This document shows positions 30,718 to 40,792 of a stretch of 64,000 nucleotides of DNA, in pieces. Origin of the DNA: Acidobacteriota bacterium (lineage in GTDB: Bacteria; Acidobacteriota; Thermoanaerobaculia; Gp7-AA8); the NCBI GenBank assembly GCA_019244185.1, contig JAFATB010000013.1, positions 96,001 through 160,000 on the forward strand. Reading direction: 5' to 3'. Every line of letters starts with the position of its first letter. The stretch's first letter is position 1. Under the pieces are notes generated by a model. That model ran no database searches, was not told the DNA's origin, and saw nothing but the letters and a program-made list of their open reading frames with translations. Position numbers and translations under genes: made by a program.

Positions 30718-31479
30718 ATGCTGCGCGCGCTCACGTGCCTGCTGCTCGCCATCGCGCTGCCGCCGAAGCCCGTGCAGTACGTCACCGACCAGGCCGGGGT
30801 GCTCGACGCGCAGCGCCGCCTCGCGCTGAACGAGAAGCTTGCGCAGTTCGAGCGCGACACGTCCGATCAGATCCTCGTTTACGTCGAGCGCAATCTTCCG
30901 CCGGGCACCACGCTCGAGGAGCTCGGCGCGGATGCGATCCACACGTGGGGCGTCGGGCAGAAGGGAAAGAACAACGGCGCGATCCTCTTTGTGTTCACCG
31001 ACGCGCATCGGCTGCGCATCGAAGTCGGGTACGGACTCGAAGGCGCGCTGACGGACGCGAAGTCGAAGGAGATCACCTCGACCGTGATCAAGCCGCTGCT
31101 CGCGCAGGGCGACTACAACGGTGCGGTCGAACGCGGCGCGGACGCAATGGTCGCGGCGATTCGCGGCGAGCCGTATCGGGGCACGGGCGCCACGGTGGCG
31201 GAGCCGGAACGACCGCGGGAGGATGACAACGGCATTCCGTGGGGCGCGCTGCTCGCCATTGCCGGCGCGATCGTCGCAGTCGGCGCCTTCGCGTGGTTCA
31301 TGGACTGGGCGTCGGACGGGAGTGGGAACGGCAGCGGCGACGACGACTCGCGCTCTTCGCTGTGGACTTCGTCGACGCGGTCCTCGTCCTCCGATTCCTC
31401 ATCGTCATCGTCGAGTTCCTCCGACTTCTCCGGGGGCGGCGGAGACGGCGGCGGTGGCGGCGCGAGCGATCGCTGGTAG
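30718..31479 (+). CDS. TPM-domain membrane protein (YgcG-like)
   Basis: VTDQAGVL, WGVGQKGKNNG, IEVGYGLEGAL, TM, Ser/Gly tail ending GGGASDRW. Confidence 0.92.
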   Translation: MLRALTCLLLAIALPPKPVQYVTDQAGVLDAQRRLALNEKLAQFERDTSDQILVYVERNLPPGTTLEELGADAIHTWGVGQKGKNNGAILFVFTDAHRLRIEVGYGLEGALTDAKSKEITSTVIKPLLAQGDYNGAVERGADAMVAAIRGEPYRGTGATVAEPERPREDDNGIPWGALLAIAGAIVAVGAFAWFMDWASDGSGNGSGDDDSRSSLWTSSTRSSSSDSSSSSSSSSDFSGGGGDGGGGGASDRW

Positions 31480-31884
31480 TCAGCGCGCCGCGAACCACGC
31501 CTCGAGCGTCTCGCCGAATGCGCGCGGATCGACGCCCGGCGGCGTGACGAAGTAACGCGCGCCGTTGAGCACCTCGATCGACGCGCCAAAGTCCTCGCGG
31601 AGTACGCGTACGACATGCGCGCGCGGAATCGTGTAGGCGCGGAAGAACGTGCGCAGGAGCAGCGCGTCACGCTGGAACTCAATCTCGCGCACTTCTGCGC
31701 GGAGTCCCGCGATCGCGCCGCCGATGAACGCGAGCGGCAGCAGCAGGCCGGCCCACGTGTCGTACACCGCCCGCACGGCGAGCGCGAGATCGGCGAAGCC
31801 GGCCAGCAGTAGGACGATCGCCGCGACGTCGGCGGGCGGATGGCGGCGGCCGAACCGTTGCGGCTCCGGGTGTTCGTCCACCAC
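31480..31884 (-). CDS. Small two-TM membrane protein with a PH-like C-terminal region
   Basis: 3' part of shadow ORF 31480..33486; GTG start just after the mutase stop; two hydrophobic helices. Confidence 0.6.
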   Translation of the reverse strand: MVDEHPEPQRFGRRHPPADVAAIVLLLAGFADLALAVRAVYDTWAGLLLPLAFIGGAIAGLRAEVREIEFQRDALLLRTFFRAYTIPRAHVVRVLREDFGASIEVLNGARYFVTPPGVDPRAFGETLEAWFAAR

Positions 31885-31889
31885 GTGCG

Positions 31890-33449
31890 TCAGAACCCCT
31901 GCTCGATGTGCTCGCCGAATGTCCGCTTCAAGGTCGCGACGATCTCGCCGATCGTGCTCTCGTTGCGCACCGCGTCGACGATGTGCGGCATGAGGTTCTC
32001 GCCGGAGCGCGCGGCGTCGTCGAGACGCGCGAGCGCGGACTGCCAGTCGCGCGTGCGGCTCGCGCGGAACGCCTGCAGCCGCGCGACCTGCTCGCGCTCG
32101 ACGCTCTCGTCGATGACGAGGATCGGCAGCGTAGCGTCCTGCTCGTCGACGAACTCGTTCACGCCGACCACGATCGCGCTCTTGTCTTCCAGCGCGCGCT
32201 GCGCGCGGTAGGCCGAGTCGCCGATCTCGTGCTGCATGAAGCCCGACTCGATGGCCGCGCGCGCGCCGCCCATCGCATCGATCTTCTCGATGAGGGCGCG
32301 CGCCTCGCGCTCGATGTCGAGCGTCAGCGCCTCGATCGCGTACGAGCCGGCGAGCGGATCGACGATCGCCGGCACGCCGCTCTCGTAGGCGAGGATCTGC
32401 TGCGTGCGCAGCGCGATCTTCACAGACTCTTCGGTCGGCAGCGCGAGCGCCTCGTCGCGGCTGTTCGTGTGCAGCGACTGGCAGCCGCCGAGGACCGCGG
32501 CGAGGGCCTGGTAGGCCACGCGGATCACGTTGTTCTCCGGCTGCTGCGCGGTGAGCGTGGAGCCCGCGGTCTGCGCGTGGAAGCGCAGCGCCAGCGAGCG
32601 CGGGTCTTTCGGCGCGTAACGCTCCCGCATCAGCTCCGCCCACAGCTTGCGCGCCGCGCGGAACTTCGCGACTTCTTCGATGAAATCGTTGTGCGCGTTG
32701 AAGAAGAACGAGATGCGCGGCGCAAAGGCGTCGACGTCGAGCCCGCGCTCGACCGCCGCCTGCACGTACTGCAGTCCGTTCGCGAGCGTGAACGCGACCT
32801 CCTGCACCGCCGTCGAACCGGCCTCGCGGATGTGATAGCCGGACACCGAGATCGTGTTCCAGCGCGGCACGTTCCTCGCGCAGAACTCGAAGATGTCGGT
32901 GACGATGCGCAGCGACGGCGCGGGCGGGAAGATGTACGTGCCGCGCGCCGCGTACTCCTTGAGGATGTCGTTCTGGATCGTGCCGGAGAGCGTCTTCCAG
33001 TCCGTGCCGCGGCGTTCCGCGACGACGAGCAGCAGCGCGAGCAGAATCGACGCCGGCGCGTTGATGGTCATCGAGATCGACACCTTGTCGAGCGGGATCG
33101 CCTCGAGCAGCGTCTCCATGTCCGCGATCGAGTCGATCGCCACGCCGACCTTGCCGACCTCGCCGCGTGCGCGTGCGTCGTCCGAGTCCATGCCGATCTG
33201 CGTTGGGAGATCGAAGGCGACGGAGAGTCCGGTCGTGCCGCGCTCGAGCAGATACCGGTAGCGCGCGTTCGATTCCGCGGCGGTCGAGAAGCCGGCGTAC
33301 TGCCGCATCGTCCACAACTTGCCGCGGTACATCGACGCCTGTGGACCGCGCGTATACGGGAACGCGCCCGGAGCGGCGAGATCGGTTTCGGGATCGAAGC
33401 TGCGTTGGGCGAGGTCGGATTGCGTGTAAAGAGACTGCCGGTCGGCCAT
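31890..33449 (-). CDS. Methylmalonyl-CoA mutase, substrate-binding (large) subunit without the B12 domain
   Basis: MRQYAGF (Tyr), [11 protein letters not shown] (Arg), [16 protein letters not shown]; the Tyr/Arg pair favours MCM over isobutyryl-CoA mutase. Confidence 0.92.
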   Translation of the reverse strand: MADRQSLYTQSDLAQRSFDPETDLAAPGAFPYTRGPQASMYRGKLWTMRQYAGFSTAAESNARYRYLLERGTTGLSVAFDLPTQIGMDSDDARARGEVGKVGVAIDSIADMETLLEAIPLDKVSISMTINAPASILLALLLVVAERRGTDWKTLSGTIQNDILKEYAARGTYIFPPAPSLRIVTDIFEFCARNVPRWNTISVSGYHIREAGSTAVQEVAFTLANGLQYVQAAVERGLDVDAFAPRISFFFNAHNDFIEEVAKFRAARKLWAELMRERYAPKDPRSLALRFHAQTAGSTLTAQQPENNVIRVAYQALAAVLGGCQSLHTNSRDEALALPTEESVKIALRTQQILAYESGVPAIVDPLAGSYAIEALTLDIEREARALIEKIDAMGGARAAIESGFMQHEIGDSAYRAQRALEDKSAIVVGVNEFVDEQDATLPILVIDESVEREQVARLQAFRASRTRDWQSALARLDDAARSGENLMPHIVDAVRNESTIGEIVATLKRTFGEHIEQGF

Positions 33450-33556
33450 CGGCGTGCAGTCTAGCGTGAGCGGCGCGCGCGTTCACCGTGTCAAGGAACG
33501 CATACTTTCCACGTTCGCGGGTTTACAACGGAGTTCCGCAGGACCATACTTCGCGC

Positions 33557-34978
33557 ATGCGTTCACAATTGAGAGTGATTCTGGCGGTCGTTCTCTGTCT
33601 GCTTGCGCTTCCGCTGCTTGCCGACGAGATCACCGGGGTGTCGCCGTCGCAGCTGACGGTGTTCGATATTGAATCCTTCGTCACGCTGCGAGGCTCCGGC
33701 TTCCTCGGCGCGACCGCGCCGCCCGATTCGCCGGGCGACAACACGGTGGTCACGTTCGCCGGAGACGCGGGAAGCTTCTCCGTGAACGCGAGCAACGTCG
33801 ACAACAACACGCTCATCGTGTGGGTGCCGATCGAGGTGGCCATCAACGAAGGTCATTACCAGATCTTCGTCGACGTCGATGATGGCGGCGGCGTCATCCG
33901 CCACATCGGCCCCGCGGAGTTTGACGTCGTGCCGCAGCCGGTCATCGCCGGTCCGCCGACGATCAACGTGCCGGAGACCGTCATCGGCGAAGTCGCGAAC
34001 GACCGCGGCGCGCCGGTATCGTTCGACGTGACGGCCCAGAGCTACGACGGCACGCCGCTGACGCCGTCCTGCGACCACGACTCGGGTAGCTTCTTCTCCT
34101 TCGGCGCCACCCGCGTGCAGTGCACCGCGACCGATGCGAACGGCAGCGCGACGGCGAGCTTCGTCGTCCTCGTCACCGACACGACGCCTCCGGTGCTGAC
34201 GCTGCCGGCCGACTTCGCGACGAACGATACGACCGTGAACTACAGCGTCTCCGCCGTGGATGCGTTCGACGGTCCGGTCGACGTCACGTGCGATCCGCCG
34301 TCCGGCGCGACGTTCCCGCGCGGCACGGTCGAAGTGATGTGCGTGGCCGTCGACTCGAGCCTCAACCCGGTCTTCGGCTCGTTCCTCGTGCACGTCGCCG
34401 AGCCGCCGGTGCTGAACCTGCCCGGCAACATCACCGCCGAGGCGACGAGCCCGAGCGGAGCGGTCGTCAACTACACCGTCACCGCGACAGCGGACGGCGT
34501 CGTCGCCTGCACGCCGCCTTCCGGCTCGACCTTCGCCCTCGGCACGACGACCGTGAACTGCACGGCCACGAACAGCGCCGGCTCGACGAGCGGCAGCTTC
34601 ACCGTGACCGTCGTCGACACGACGCCGCCGGTCGTGACGAGCACCACCGCGTCGCCGAACTCGATCTGGCCGCCGAACCACAAGATGGTCAACGTCACCG
34701 TCACCGTGAATGCGATCGACGCGGTCGACCTCACGCCGACCTCGCGCATCATCGGCGTGACCTCGAATCAGCCGATCAACGGCCCCGGCGACGGCAACAC
34801 GAACAGCGACTGGGTCATCACCGGCCCGCTCACGCTGCAACTCCGCGCCGAGCGCGCCGGCTCGAACGACCGCGTCTACACGATCACGGTCGAGACGAAG
34901 GACGACGCCGGCAACGCCACGACGTCGACGGTGAAGGTCACCGTCACGCAGGGCGGCAAGCAGCACGCCGTCCGGTAA
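33557..34978 (+). CDS. Secreted HYR/Ig-like repeat protein
   Basis: Signal peptide, three HYR repeats (SGSxFxxGxTxVxCxAxD/N, DTTPP), WPPNHKMV domain, basic C-terminal tail KQHAVR. Confidence 0.88.
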   Translation: MRSQLRVILAVVLCLLALPLLADEITGVSPSQLTVFDIESFVTLRGSGFLGATAPPDSPGDNTVVTFAGDAGSFSVNASNVDNNTLIVWVPIEVAINEGHYQIFVDVDDGGGVIRHIGPAEFDVVPQPVIAGPPTINVPETVIGEVANDRGAPVSFDVTAQSYDGTPLTPSCDHDSGSFFSFGATRVQCTATDANGSATASFVVLVTDTTPPVLTLPADFATNDTTVNYSVSAVDAFDGPVDVTCDPPSGATFPRGTVEVMCVAVDSSLNPVFGSFLVHVAEPPVLNLPGNITAEATSPSGAVVNYTVTATADGVVACTPPSGSTFALGTTTVNCTATNSAGSTSGSFTVTVVDTTPPVVTSTTASPNSIWPPNHKMVNVTVTVNAIDAVDLTPTSRIIGVTSNQPINGPGDGNTNSDWVITGPLTLQLRAERAGSNDRVYTITVETKDDAGNATTSTVKVTVTQGGKQHAVR

Positions 34979-34997
34979 ACCGCAAGCATCACTCTTT

Positions 34998-35040
34998 CAG
35001 CGCCGCGATCGGAATGTTCCGGTCGCGGCGCTGTTGCGTT
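34998..35040 (+). terminator. Probable intrinsic terminator after the HYR gene
   Basis: CAGCGCCGCGATCGGAA-TG-TTCCGGTCGCGGCGCTG inverted repeat (one G-U pair) followed by TTGCGTT. Confidence 0.6.
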
Positions 35041-35047
35041 CGGGCGC

Positions 35048-35967
35048 ATGCTGTCCGTGCGCGCATTCATCCTCGCGGGAGCGCTGCTGTTCCTCGGCGC
35101 CCGCGTCCCGTCCTTCGATCTTCCGCATCATTGCGGCGGCTGCGACGCCTGGAACGCGCCGCGCGAGCCGTTCCGCATCTTCGGCAACAGCTACTTCGTC
35201 GGACCCGCGGGCCTCGGCTCGGTGCTCATCACGTCGCCGCGCGGACACATCCTGCTCGACGGCGCGTTGCCGCAGTCGGCGCCGCTGATCGACGCGAACA
35301 TCCGCAAGCTCGGCTTCCGCACGGAAGACATCCGCCTCATCGTGAACTCGCACGCGCATTACGACCACGCCGGCGGAATCGCAGCGCTGCAGCGGATCTC
35401 GAAGGCGACCGTAGCCGCGAGTGCTGCCGGCGCACGCGCGCTCCAAGATGGCGCGCCGACGCCGACGATCCGCAGTTCGGCTTCGGACGCGAGACGAATG
35501 CGTTTCCCGCCGTGAAGCGCGTGCGCGTGGTGAACGATGGCGAGACGCTGCGCGTCGGGCCGCTCGCGCTCACCGCGCACCTCACGCCCGGTCACACGCC
35601 GGGCAGCACGACCTGGACGTGGCGATCGTGCGAAGGAAAGCGCTGCCTCGATCTCGTGTACGCCGACAGCCTGACGTCCGTGTCCTCGGACGACTTTCGC
35701 TTCAGCGATCCCGCGCATCCGGCGCTCGCCGACACGTTCCGCCGCAGCATCGCGACGGTCGAACAGCTGCCGTGCGACATCATCATTTCCGTGCATCCGG
35801 GCTTCACCGATCTCGATGGCAAGCTCGCGCGCCGCGCGCAAACGCATGGCGGCGACGATCCGATGATCGATCCGAACGGCTGCCGCGCCTACGCTGCCGA
35901 TGCGCGGCAACGGCTCGACGCGCGTCTCGCGCGCGAGCAGTACGCGAACGACCCGCCGGCGCACTGA
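35048..35967 (+). pseudogene. Subclass B3 metallo-beta-lactamase with a 1-nt deletion near 35463 (real lesion or sequencing error)
   Basis: First frame: WNAPREPFRIFGN, SHAHYDHAGG. Second frame: DDPQF, TPGHTPG, YADSL, PCDIIISVHP. Adding one base gives GAPTPDDPQF. Confidence 0.85.
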
Positions 35968-36046
35968 ACGTGCGTCATTCTGCCCATCCGTACCGCGCCC
36001 GAGTCGCGCAGATATAATTGCCCGCCTTTCGTCGGCGCTCGAAGTC

Positions 36047-37213
36047 ATGGCCCTTTCCGGCAATCTCATCACGATGCTCCCCGGTGATCTCCTCCAGTGG
36101 CTCAGCCTGGGGCAGAAGACCGGTACGCTCGTCATCAGCAACAAGCGCGTGGAGAAGAAGATCTTCTTCCGCAACGGCCGCGTGATCTCGTCCGCGTCGA
36201 ACGACCCGCGCGAGTACCTCGGGCAGTTCCTCATGAGCCACGGCTATCTCTCCGAGCCGGAGCTGAAGAAGGCCATGGAGGTGCAGCAGCAGTCGGGCAT
36301 TCTCCTCGGCAAGATCCTGGTGATGATCGACGTCATCACCGAGCCCGATCTGCAGCGCTTCATGCGCCTCAAAGCGGAAGAAGAGATCTACGACATCTTT
36401 CTCTGGAACGACGGCGAGTTCTACTTCGTCGACGACGAGCTGCCGCAGATGGAGATGATCCCGCTGCAGGTGGACGTCACCGGCATCATCATGGAAGGCA
36501 CGCGGCGCGTCGACGAATGGGCGCGCATCCGCGAGCTCATTCCGAACGCCACCGTCATCCCGGTGCTGCTCAAGGAAGTCGACTACACCGATCTCGAGGA
36601 AGTGGAAGAGCCGATCGTGCGCGCCATCGACGGCAAGCGTCCGATCGCGGAGATCGTGCTCGAGAGCCGCTCGTCGGAGTTCACCGTGTCGTCGACCGTG
36701 CACGCGCTCGTGCGCCACGGTTTCTGCCGCCTGGTCGATCCGAGCACGCAGAAGATGGCCAAGATCGCGGAGGAAGCCGTCGTCGCCGCGGCGCCGCCGC
36801 CCGCCGCCGTGCGCGCGGAGTTCAACGAGGACGACGAGATCTCCGCGCTGCTCACCGCCGCGCAGAACGCGCTCCGCGCGCGCGACTTCGAGAAGACGCA
36901 GCGCCTCCTCCGCGCCGCGCAAAACCTCGATCCGAATCACCCGAAGGTCCGCACCGCGATCAAAGGCGCCGAGACCGTGATCCTCGGCGAGCTGCGCAAT
37001 CAAGGCATGCTGGAAACGAAAGTCCCGCGCGTCGCCAAGCCGCTCGAAGAGATCACGCAGATGAACTTCTCGCCGAACGAAGGCTTCATCCTCTCGCGCA
37101 TCAACGGCACGTGGGACATCAGCTCGCTCATCAAGATCAGCCCGATCCGCGAGACCGACGCGATGCTGATCTTCTACAAGCTCTGGCGCGACGGGATTAT
37201 CTCGCTGGACTAG
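36047..37213 (+). CDS. DUF4388 (PatA-N) domain protein with a TPR-like helix pair
   Basis: LSGNL..M...DLLQW...KTGTL, LGQFL, LGKIL, W.DGEFYF; QNLDPNHP. Confidence 0.85.
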   Translation: MALSGNLITMLPGDLLQWLSLGQKTGTLVISNKRVEKKIFFRNGRVISSASNDPREYLGQFLMSHGYLSEPELKKAMEVQQQSGILLGKILVMIDVITEPDLQRFMRLKAEEEIYDIFLWNDGEFYFVDDELPQMEMIPLQVDVTGIIMEGTRRVDEWARIRELIPNATVIPVLLKEVDYTDLEEVEEPIVRAIDGKRPIAEIVLESRSSEFTVSSTVHALVRHGFCRLVDPSTQKMAKIAEEAVVAAAPPPAAVRAEFNEDDEISALLTAAQNALRARDFEKTQRLLRAAQNLDPNHPKVRTAIKGAETVILGELRNQGMLETKVPRVAKPLEEITQMNFSPNEGFILSRINGTWDISSLIKISPIRETDAMLIFYKLWRDGIISLD

Positions 37214-37219
37214 CGCGCG

Positions 37220-38968
37220 CTACTCGTCACCCCAGCGGCTCTGAAACACGTAACGCAGACCGTTGGAGATGCCGCCCGGGTAGACGGTGTTGTGCGTCTC
37301 GTTCTCCATGACTCTCGTGCGCAGCGCGAGCCCGTCGTACGCGTGCGCGCGCAGCTGCGCGGCGAACGCCTCGAGGTCGTCGATCATGCTGCCGTCGTCG
37401 CTGTGCTCGTGCGAGCCGACACAGAGATACGCGCGCACCGGCAGCGCGCGGTGCGTTTTCGCGAACTCCGACTCGATGCGCAACATGAGGTGATCGTCGT
37501 ACCAGAGCGACGGGCTGACGGCGATGTAGCGCTGGAAGAGGCCGGGGCGCGCGAGCATCGCCCACAGCGTGAAGAGGCCGCCGTACGAATGGCCGGAGAG
37601 CGTGCGGTCGCCGGGGAGCGTCGCGTACTCCGCATCGATGCACGGGATGATCTCCTTCTCGATGGTCTCGAGAAACTTCGGCCCGCCGCCGGAGACTTTC
37701 TGATACTCGGGACCGTAGCCGCCGGTCGGTGAGAACACGGGCGTGTAGTCGCGTGTGCGATTGAGCCGGTACTGCAGCGGTCCGTCGTAGGCGATGCTGA
37801 CGACGATCGCCTCGCCGAGGTCGTCGCGCTCGGAGAGATGGTCGACGATGTTGCGCACGATGAGGAACGAGTAGTCGGCGTCGAGCGTGTAGATCACCGG
37901 GAAGCGCTTGCCCTCTTCGCCGTAGTGGTGGGGGAGTGCGACGTAGAGCTTGTACGCGACGCCGTTGGCGCGCGACGTGAGCGTCAGCGTCTCCGTGCCT
38001 CGACGCGCAGCGGCCGCGCGCCGCTGTCGCGCTGCTCGACCCAATGCGGCACGCGCGGCTCGCCGGCAAAGATCGCGCGATCGCGTCCCTCGGTGATCGC
38101 CCAGCGATGCAGCCACGTGATGCCGCCCGCGCCGGTGTAGCCGTCGACGGACTTGCGATACGCCGGATGCTGCACCGCTTCATCCAGCGTGAACCCATTG
38201 ATAGCCGCGGCCTTCGAGCGCCGTCAGCAGCGCGTCGAGCCAGTCCGCGTTGAGCTCGTTCGCGTGAATGAGCAGCGTCTGCGGAATCAGCTCGCCGGCG
38301 ATGGCGCGCGACTGCGCTTCGTAGAAGTCGATCATCGTGAGCATGTAGCGGACGTAGTCCTCGCCGAGGCTCGCGGTGCGCAGACGATCGCCGCGTGCGG
38401 AGGCGTCGGCGTACGCGGCGGCGTAGATCCACTCCTCGTTGTCGATGGTCACGGGCGCGATGCGGTAGCCGTGTTCGGCGAGGAAGGCGGCGGTGCGCTG
38501 CTGAATCTCGGGCGAGCGTCCGAGGTGCAGGAACGGATGGCGGAACCAGCGCACGCTGCTGCCGTGCGCGGCGGCGAGCGGCTTGATCTGGCGCTCGCCG
38601 CGCAGCACGTCGGCCAGCCAGAGATCGGGATCGACGGTATGCAGGTCGAGATGCGCGTAGCCGTGATTGCCGAGCTCCTGTCCCGCGGCGAGCCACTCGT
38701 CGAGCAGGTGCAGGCGGCGCGCGTCGACCTTGCCGTCGACCTCGAGCTTCGACTCGTTCACGAACGCGACGGCCTTGACCTGATGCTTTTGCAGCGTGGC
38801 GAGCACGCGACGGGTGAGGTCTTCCTGCTGCTCCGCGCTGTACCGATCGATCTGCGCGAGCGGCAGGTCGTCCAGCGTGACCGCGATGCGGCGCGATTCG
38901 GCGGCGGGCGCGGCGCAGACGTGCGCGGCGGAGGCGGCGAGAGCGATGAGCAGCAGCAGTCGTTTCAT
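37220..38968 (-). pseudogene. Secreted CE4 polysaccharide deacetylase fused to an IroE-like alpha/beta esterase; two compensating 1-nt indels near 38192 and 37999
   Basis: TLDDLP, GNHGYAH, WFRHPFL, LLIHAN; the middle frame gives HPAY...GITWLHRW; then PVIYTLDA, RTRDYTP, GHSYGG, SPSLW. First and last parts share a frame. Confidence 0.75.
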
Positions 38969-38979
38969 GGCGGCGAGCA

Positions 38980-38994
38980 TACTACATTGTAGTA
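38980..38994. promoter_or_regulatory. BlaI/MecI-type operator palindrome
   Basis: TACTACA-T-TGTAGTA perfect inverted repeat between divergent genes, abutting the -10 box TATGCT (38981-38976, - strand); TATCAT at 39012-39017 on the + strand. Confidence 0.75.
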
Positions 38995-39034
38995 CATCGT
39001 CTGAAATGGAGTATCATGCCGCGCGAGGGCAACG

Positions 39035-39406
39035 ATGCCGAAGACGAAACTCCCGGAGCTCGGCGAGACGGAGCTCGTGCTCATGAAGACCTTGTGGCGC
39101 GCCGAGAGCATGAGCGCGCGCGAGATCCACGATGACCTCCCGGAGGCGCTCGAGTGGGCGTACACGACCACGCGCAGCACGCTCGACCGCATGGTGGCGA
39201 AAGGGCTGGTCACGAAGACGGCCTGGCACGGGCTGTATCTCTACCGCGCCGCGATCGCGCGGCCGGAGGGCCTCGCCGGCTACATCCGCCGCTTCGCCGC
39301 GCGCGTGCTGGAGACCGAGCCGTCGAAAGTGGTGTCGCTGTTCATCGAAAAAGAATCGCTCTCGCGCGACGAGATCCGGCGCCTGCGCGCGCTGGTGGAA
39401 GACTGA
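39035..39406 (+). CDS. BlaI/MecI/CopY-family repressor
   Basis: LGETELVLMKTLW, WAYTTTRSTLDRMVAKG, LSRDEIRRL. Confidence 0.93.
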   Translation: MPKTKLPELGETELVLMKTLWRAESMSAREIHDDLPEALEWAYTTTRSTLDRMVAKGLVTKTAWHGLYLYRAAIARPEGLAGYIRRFAARVLETEPSKVVSLFIEKESLSRDEIRRLRALVED

Positions 39407-39409
39407 CCG

Positions 39410-40792
39410 GTGCCGCTCGTCGCGTCGCTCCTCGTCACGGCTATCCATTCAACATTGCTGTGCGGCGTGGCTTGGCTCGCCTCCGCGGCCCTCGGCGCAC
39501 GCCTGCCGCATCTGCGGCTCGCGCTTTGGTTGCTCGTCCTCCTGCGTCTCGTGCTGCCTCCCGCGGTCATGTCGCCGTGGACGCCCGTCGCGATGCCGAG
39601 CGTCTTTGACGCGCCGGAGCTCACCGCGGTGGAAGGCGACGACGGCGCGGCTGCAGAACCGTCTGCGCCTCATGCCGATGTGCACGCGACGCTCTTCGCC
39701 GCCGGTTGGGCCGCCGGGGCGTTGCTCCTGTTCGCGCGCTGGCGCCTCCTGCGTGCGCGGCACGTCGCGATCGTGGCCGCGGCGGAAGACGCGAGTCCCG
39801 CGGCGCGCGCCATCGCCGACGATTGGCGCCGCCGCCTCGGCATCCGCCGTCCCGTGCGGCTGCTCGTCTCCACCGCGCACGCTACGCCGTTCACGATCGG
39901 CGTCCTCCGGCCCGCGGTCGTGCTGCCGTCGTCGTATGACGGCGACGAGCTCTCGATCGTCATCGGCCACGAGCTCGCGCATGTGCGGCGGCTCGACGAT
40001 CTCTGGTTGACGATCGAGGCCGCGCTGCGTTGTCTCTTCTTCGTTCATCCCGCGGCGTGGCTCGCCACCGCGCGGCTGCGCGACGTGCGCGAACAGCTCG
40101 CCGATGAACTGCTGCTCGATCGCGCGCGCGACGCGAGCCTCGGGCGCCGCGTCGCACGCACGTTGCTCGCCGCGGCGGCACCGGCCGGCGATTCCTTCGC
40201 GGTCGCTGCGTTCGGCACCCGCGCGAGCGCGAGTCTCGCACGCCGCATCCGCCGGCTGCTCGCGCACGCGGAGCCGCGGCGGAAGCGGCTCGGCATCGCC
40301 GCCGGAATCGCCGCGGGCGCGTTCCTCCTGCCGATGGCGTTGCCCGCGCAGCGGCCGTCCGTCGATGCCGGCGCGCTCGCGCATCCGCTTCCCGGTGCGC
40401 GGATCACGTCGCCGTTCGGCGCGCGGCAGAATCCGTGGTCAAACGCGCGCGACGTGCATCAGGGAATCGATCTCGCCGCGCCGCGCGGAACCGCCGTGCA
40501 CGCGGCGGCGGATGGAAACGTCGTCGTCGCAACGGAACGCTACGCACCGTCGCCGACGCACGGCGCGGTGGTCATCGTGCAGCACGCGAACGGCCTCACG
40601 ACGTTCTACTCGCATCTCGACGCGATCGACGTGCGCGTGGGGCAGCGCGTCGCGCGCGGCGACGTCATCGGCCGCGTCGGCACGACCGGCCGCGTGACCG
40701 GACCGCATCTGCACTTCGAGCTGCGAACGCCGCGCGGACCGATCGATCCCTCGCCGCGGATCTTCCTCAATGCTCGTCGAGTCCGCGACTGA
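39410..40792 (+). CDS. BlaR1-type M56 peptidase fused to an M23 peptidase domain
   Basis: TM helices, RPAVVLP, HELAHVRRLD, FFVHP, EQLAD; C-terminal ITSPFG, HQGIDLAA, YSHL, TGPHLHFE. Confidence 0.9.
   Translation: MPLVASLLVTAIHSTLLCGVAWLASAALGARLPHLRLALWLLVLLRLVLPPAVMSPWTPVAMPSVFDAPELTAVEGDDGAAAEPSAPHADVHATLFAAGWAAGALLLFARWRLLRARHVAIVAAAEDASPAARAIADDWRRRLGIRRPVRLLVSTAHATPFTIGVLRPAVVLPSSYDGDELSIVIGHELAHVRRLDDLWLTIEAALRCLFFVHPAAWLATARLRDVREQLADELLLDRARDASLGRRVARTLLAAAAPAGDSFAVAAFGTRASASLARRIRRLLAHAEPRRKRLGIAAGIAAGAFLLPMALPAQRPSVDAGALAHPLPGARITSPFGARQNPWSNARDVHQGIDLAAPRGTAVHAAADGNVVVATERYAPSPTHGAVVIVQHANGLTTFYSHLDAIDVRVGQRVARGDVIGRVGTTGRVTGPHLHFELRTPRGPIDPSPRIFLNARRVRD

Noticed and set aside
31340-31479. 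Ser/Gly low-complexity run
   Set aside because: Normal tail of TPM/YgcG-family proteins.
31890-33449. Mutase lacking a B12-binding domain as a possible truncation
   Set aside because: Two-subunit acyl-CoA mutases with a separate small subunit are well known.
35455-35470. Programmed frameshift in the B3 beta-lactamase
   Set aside because: No slippery heptamer or phase-variable tract; a single-base loss is the simpler explanation.
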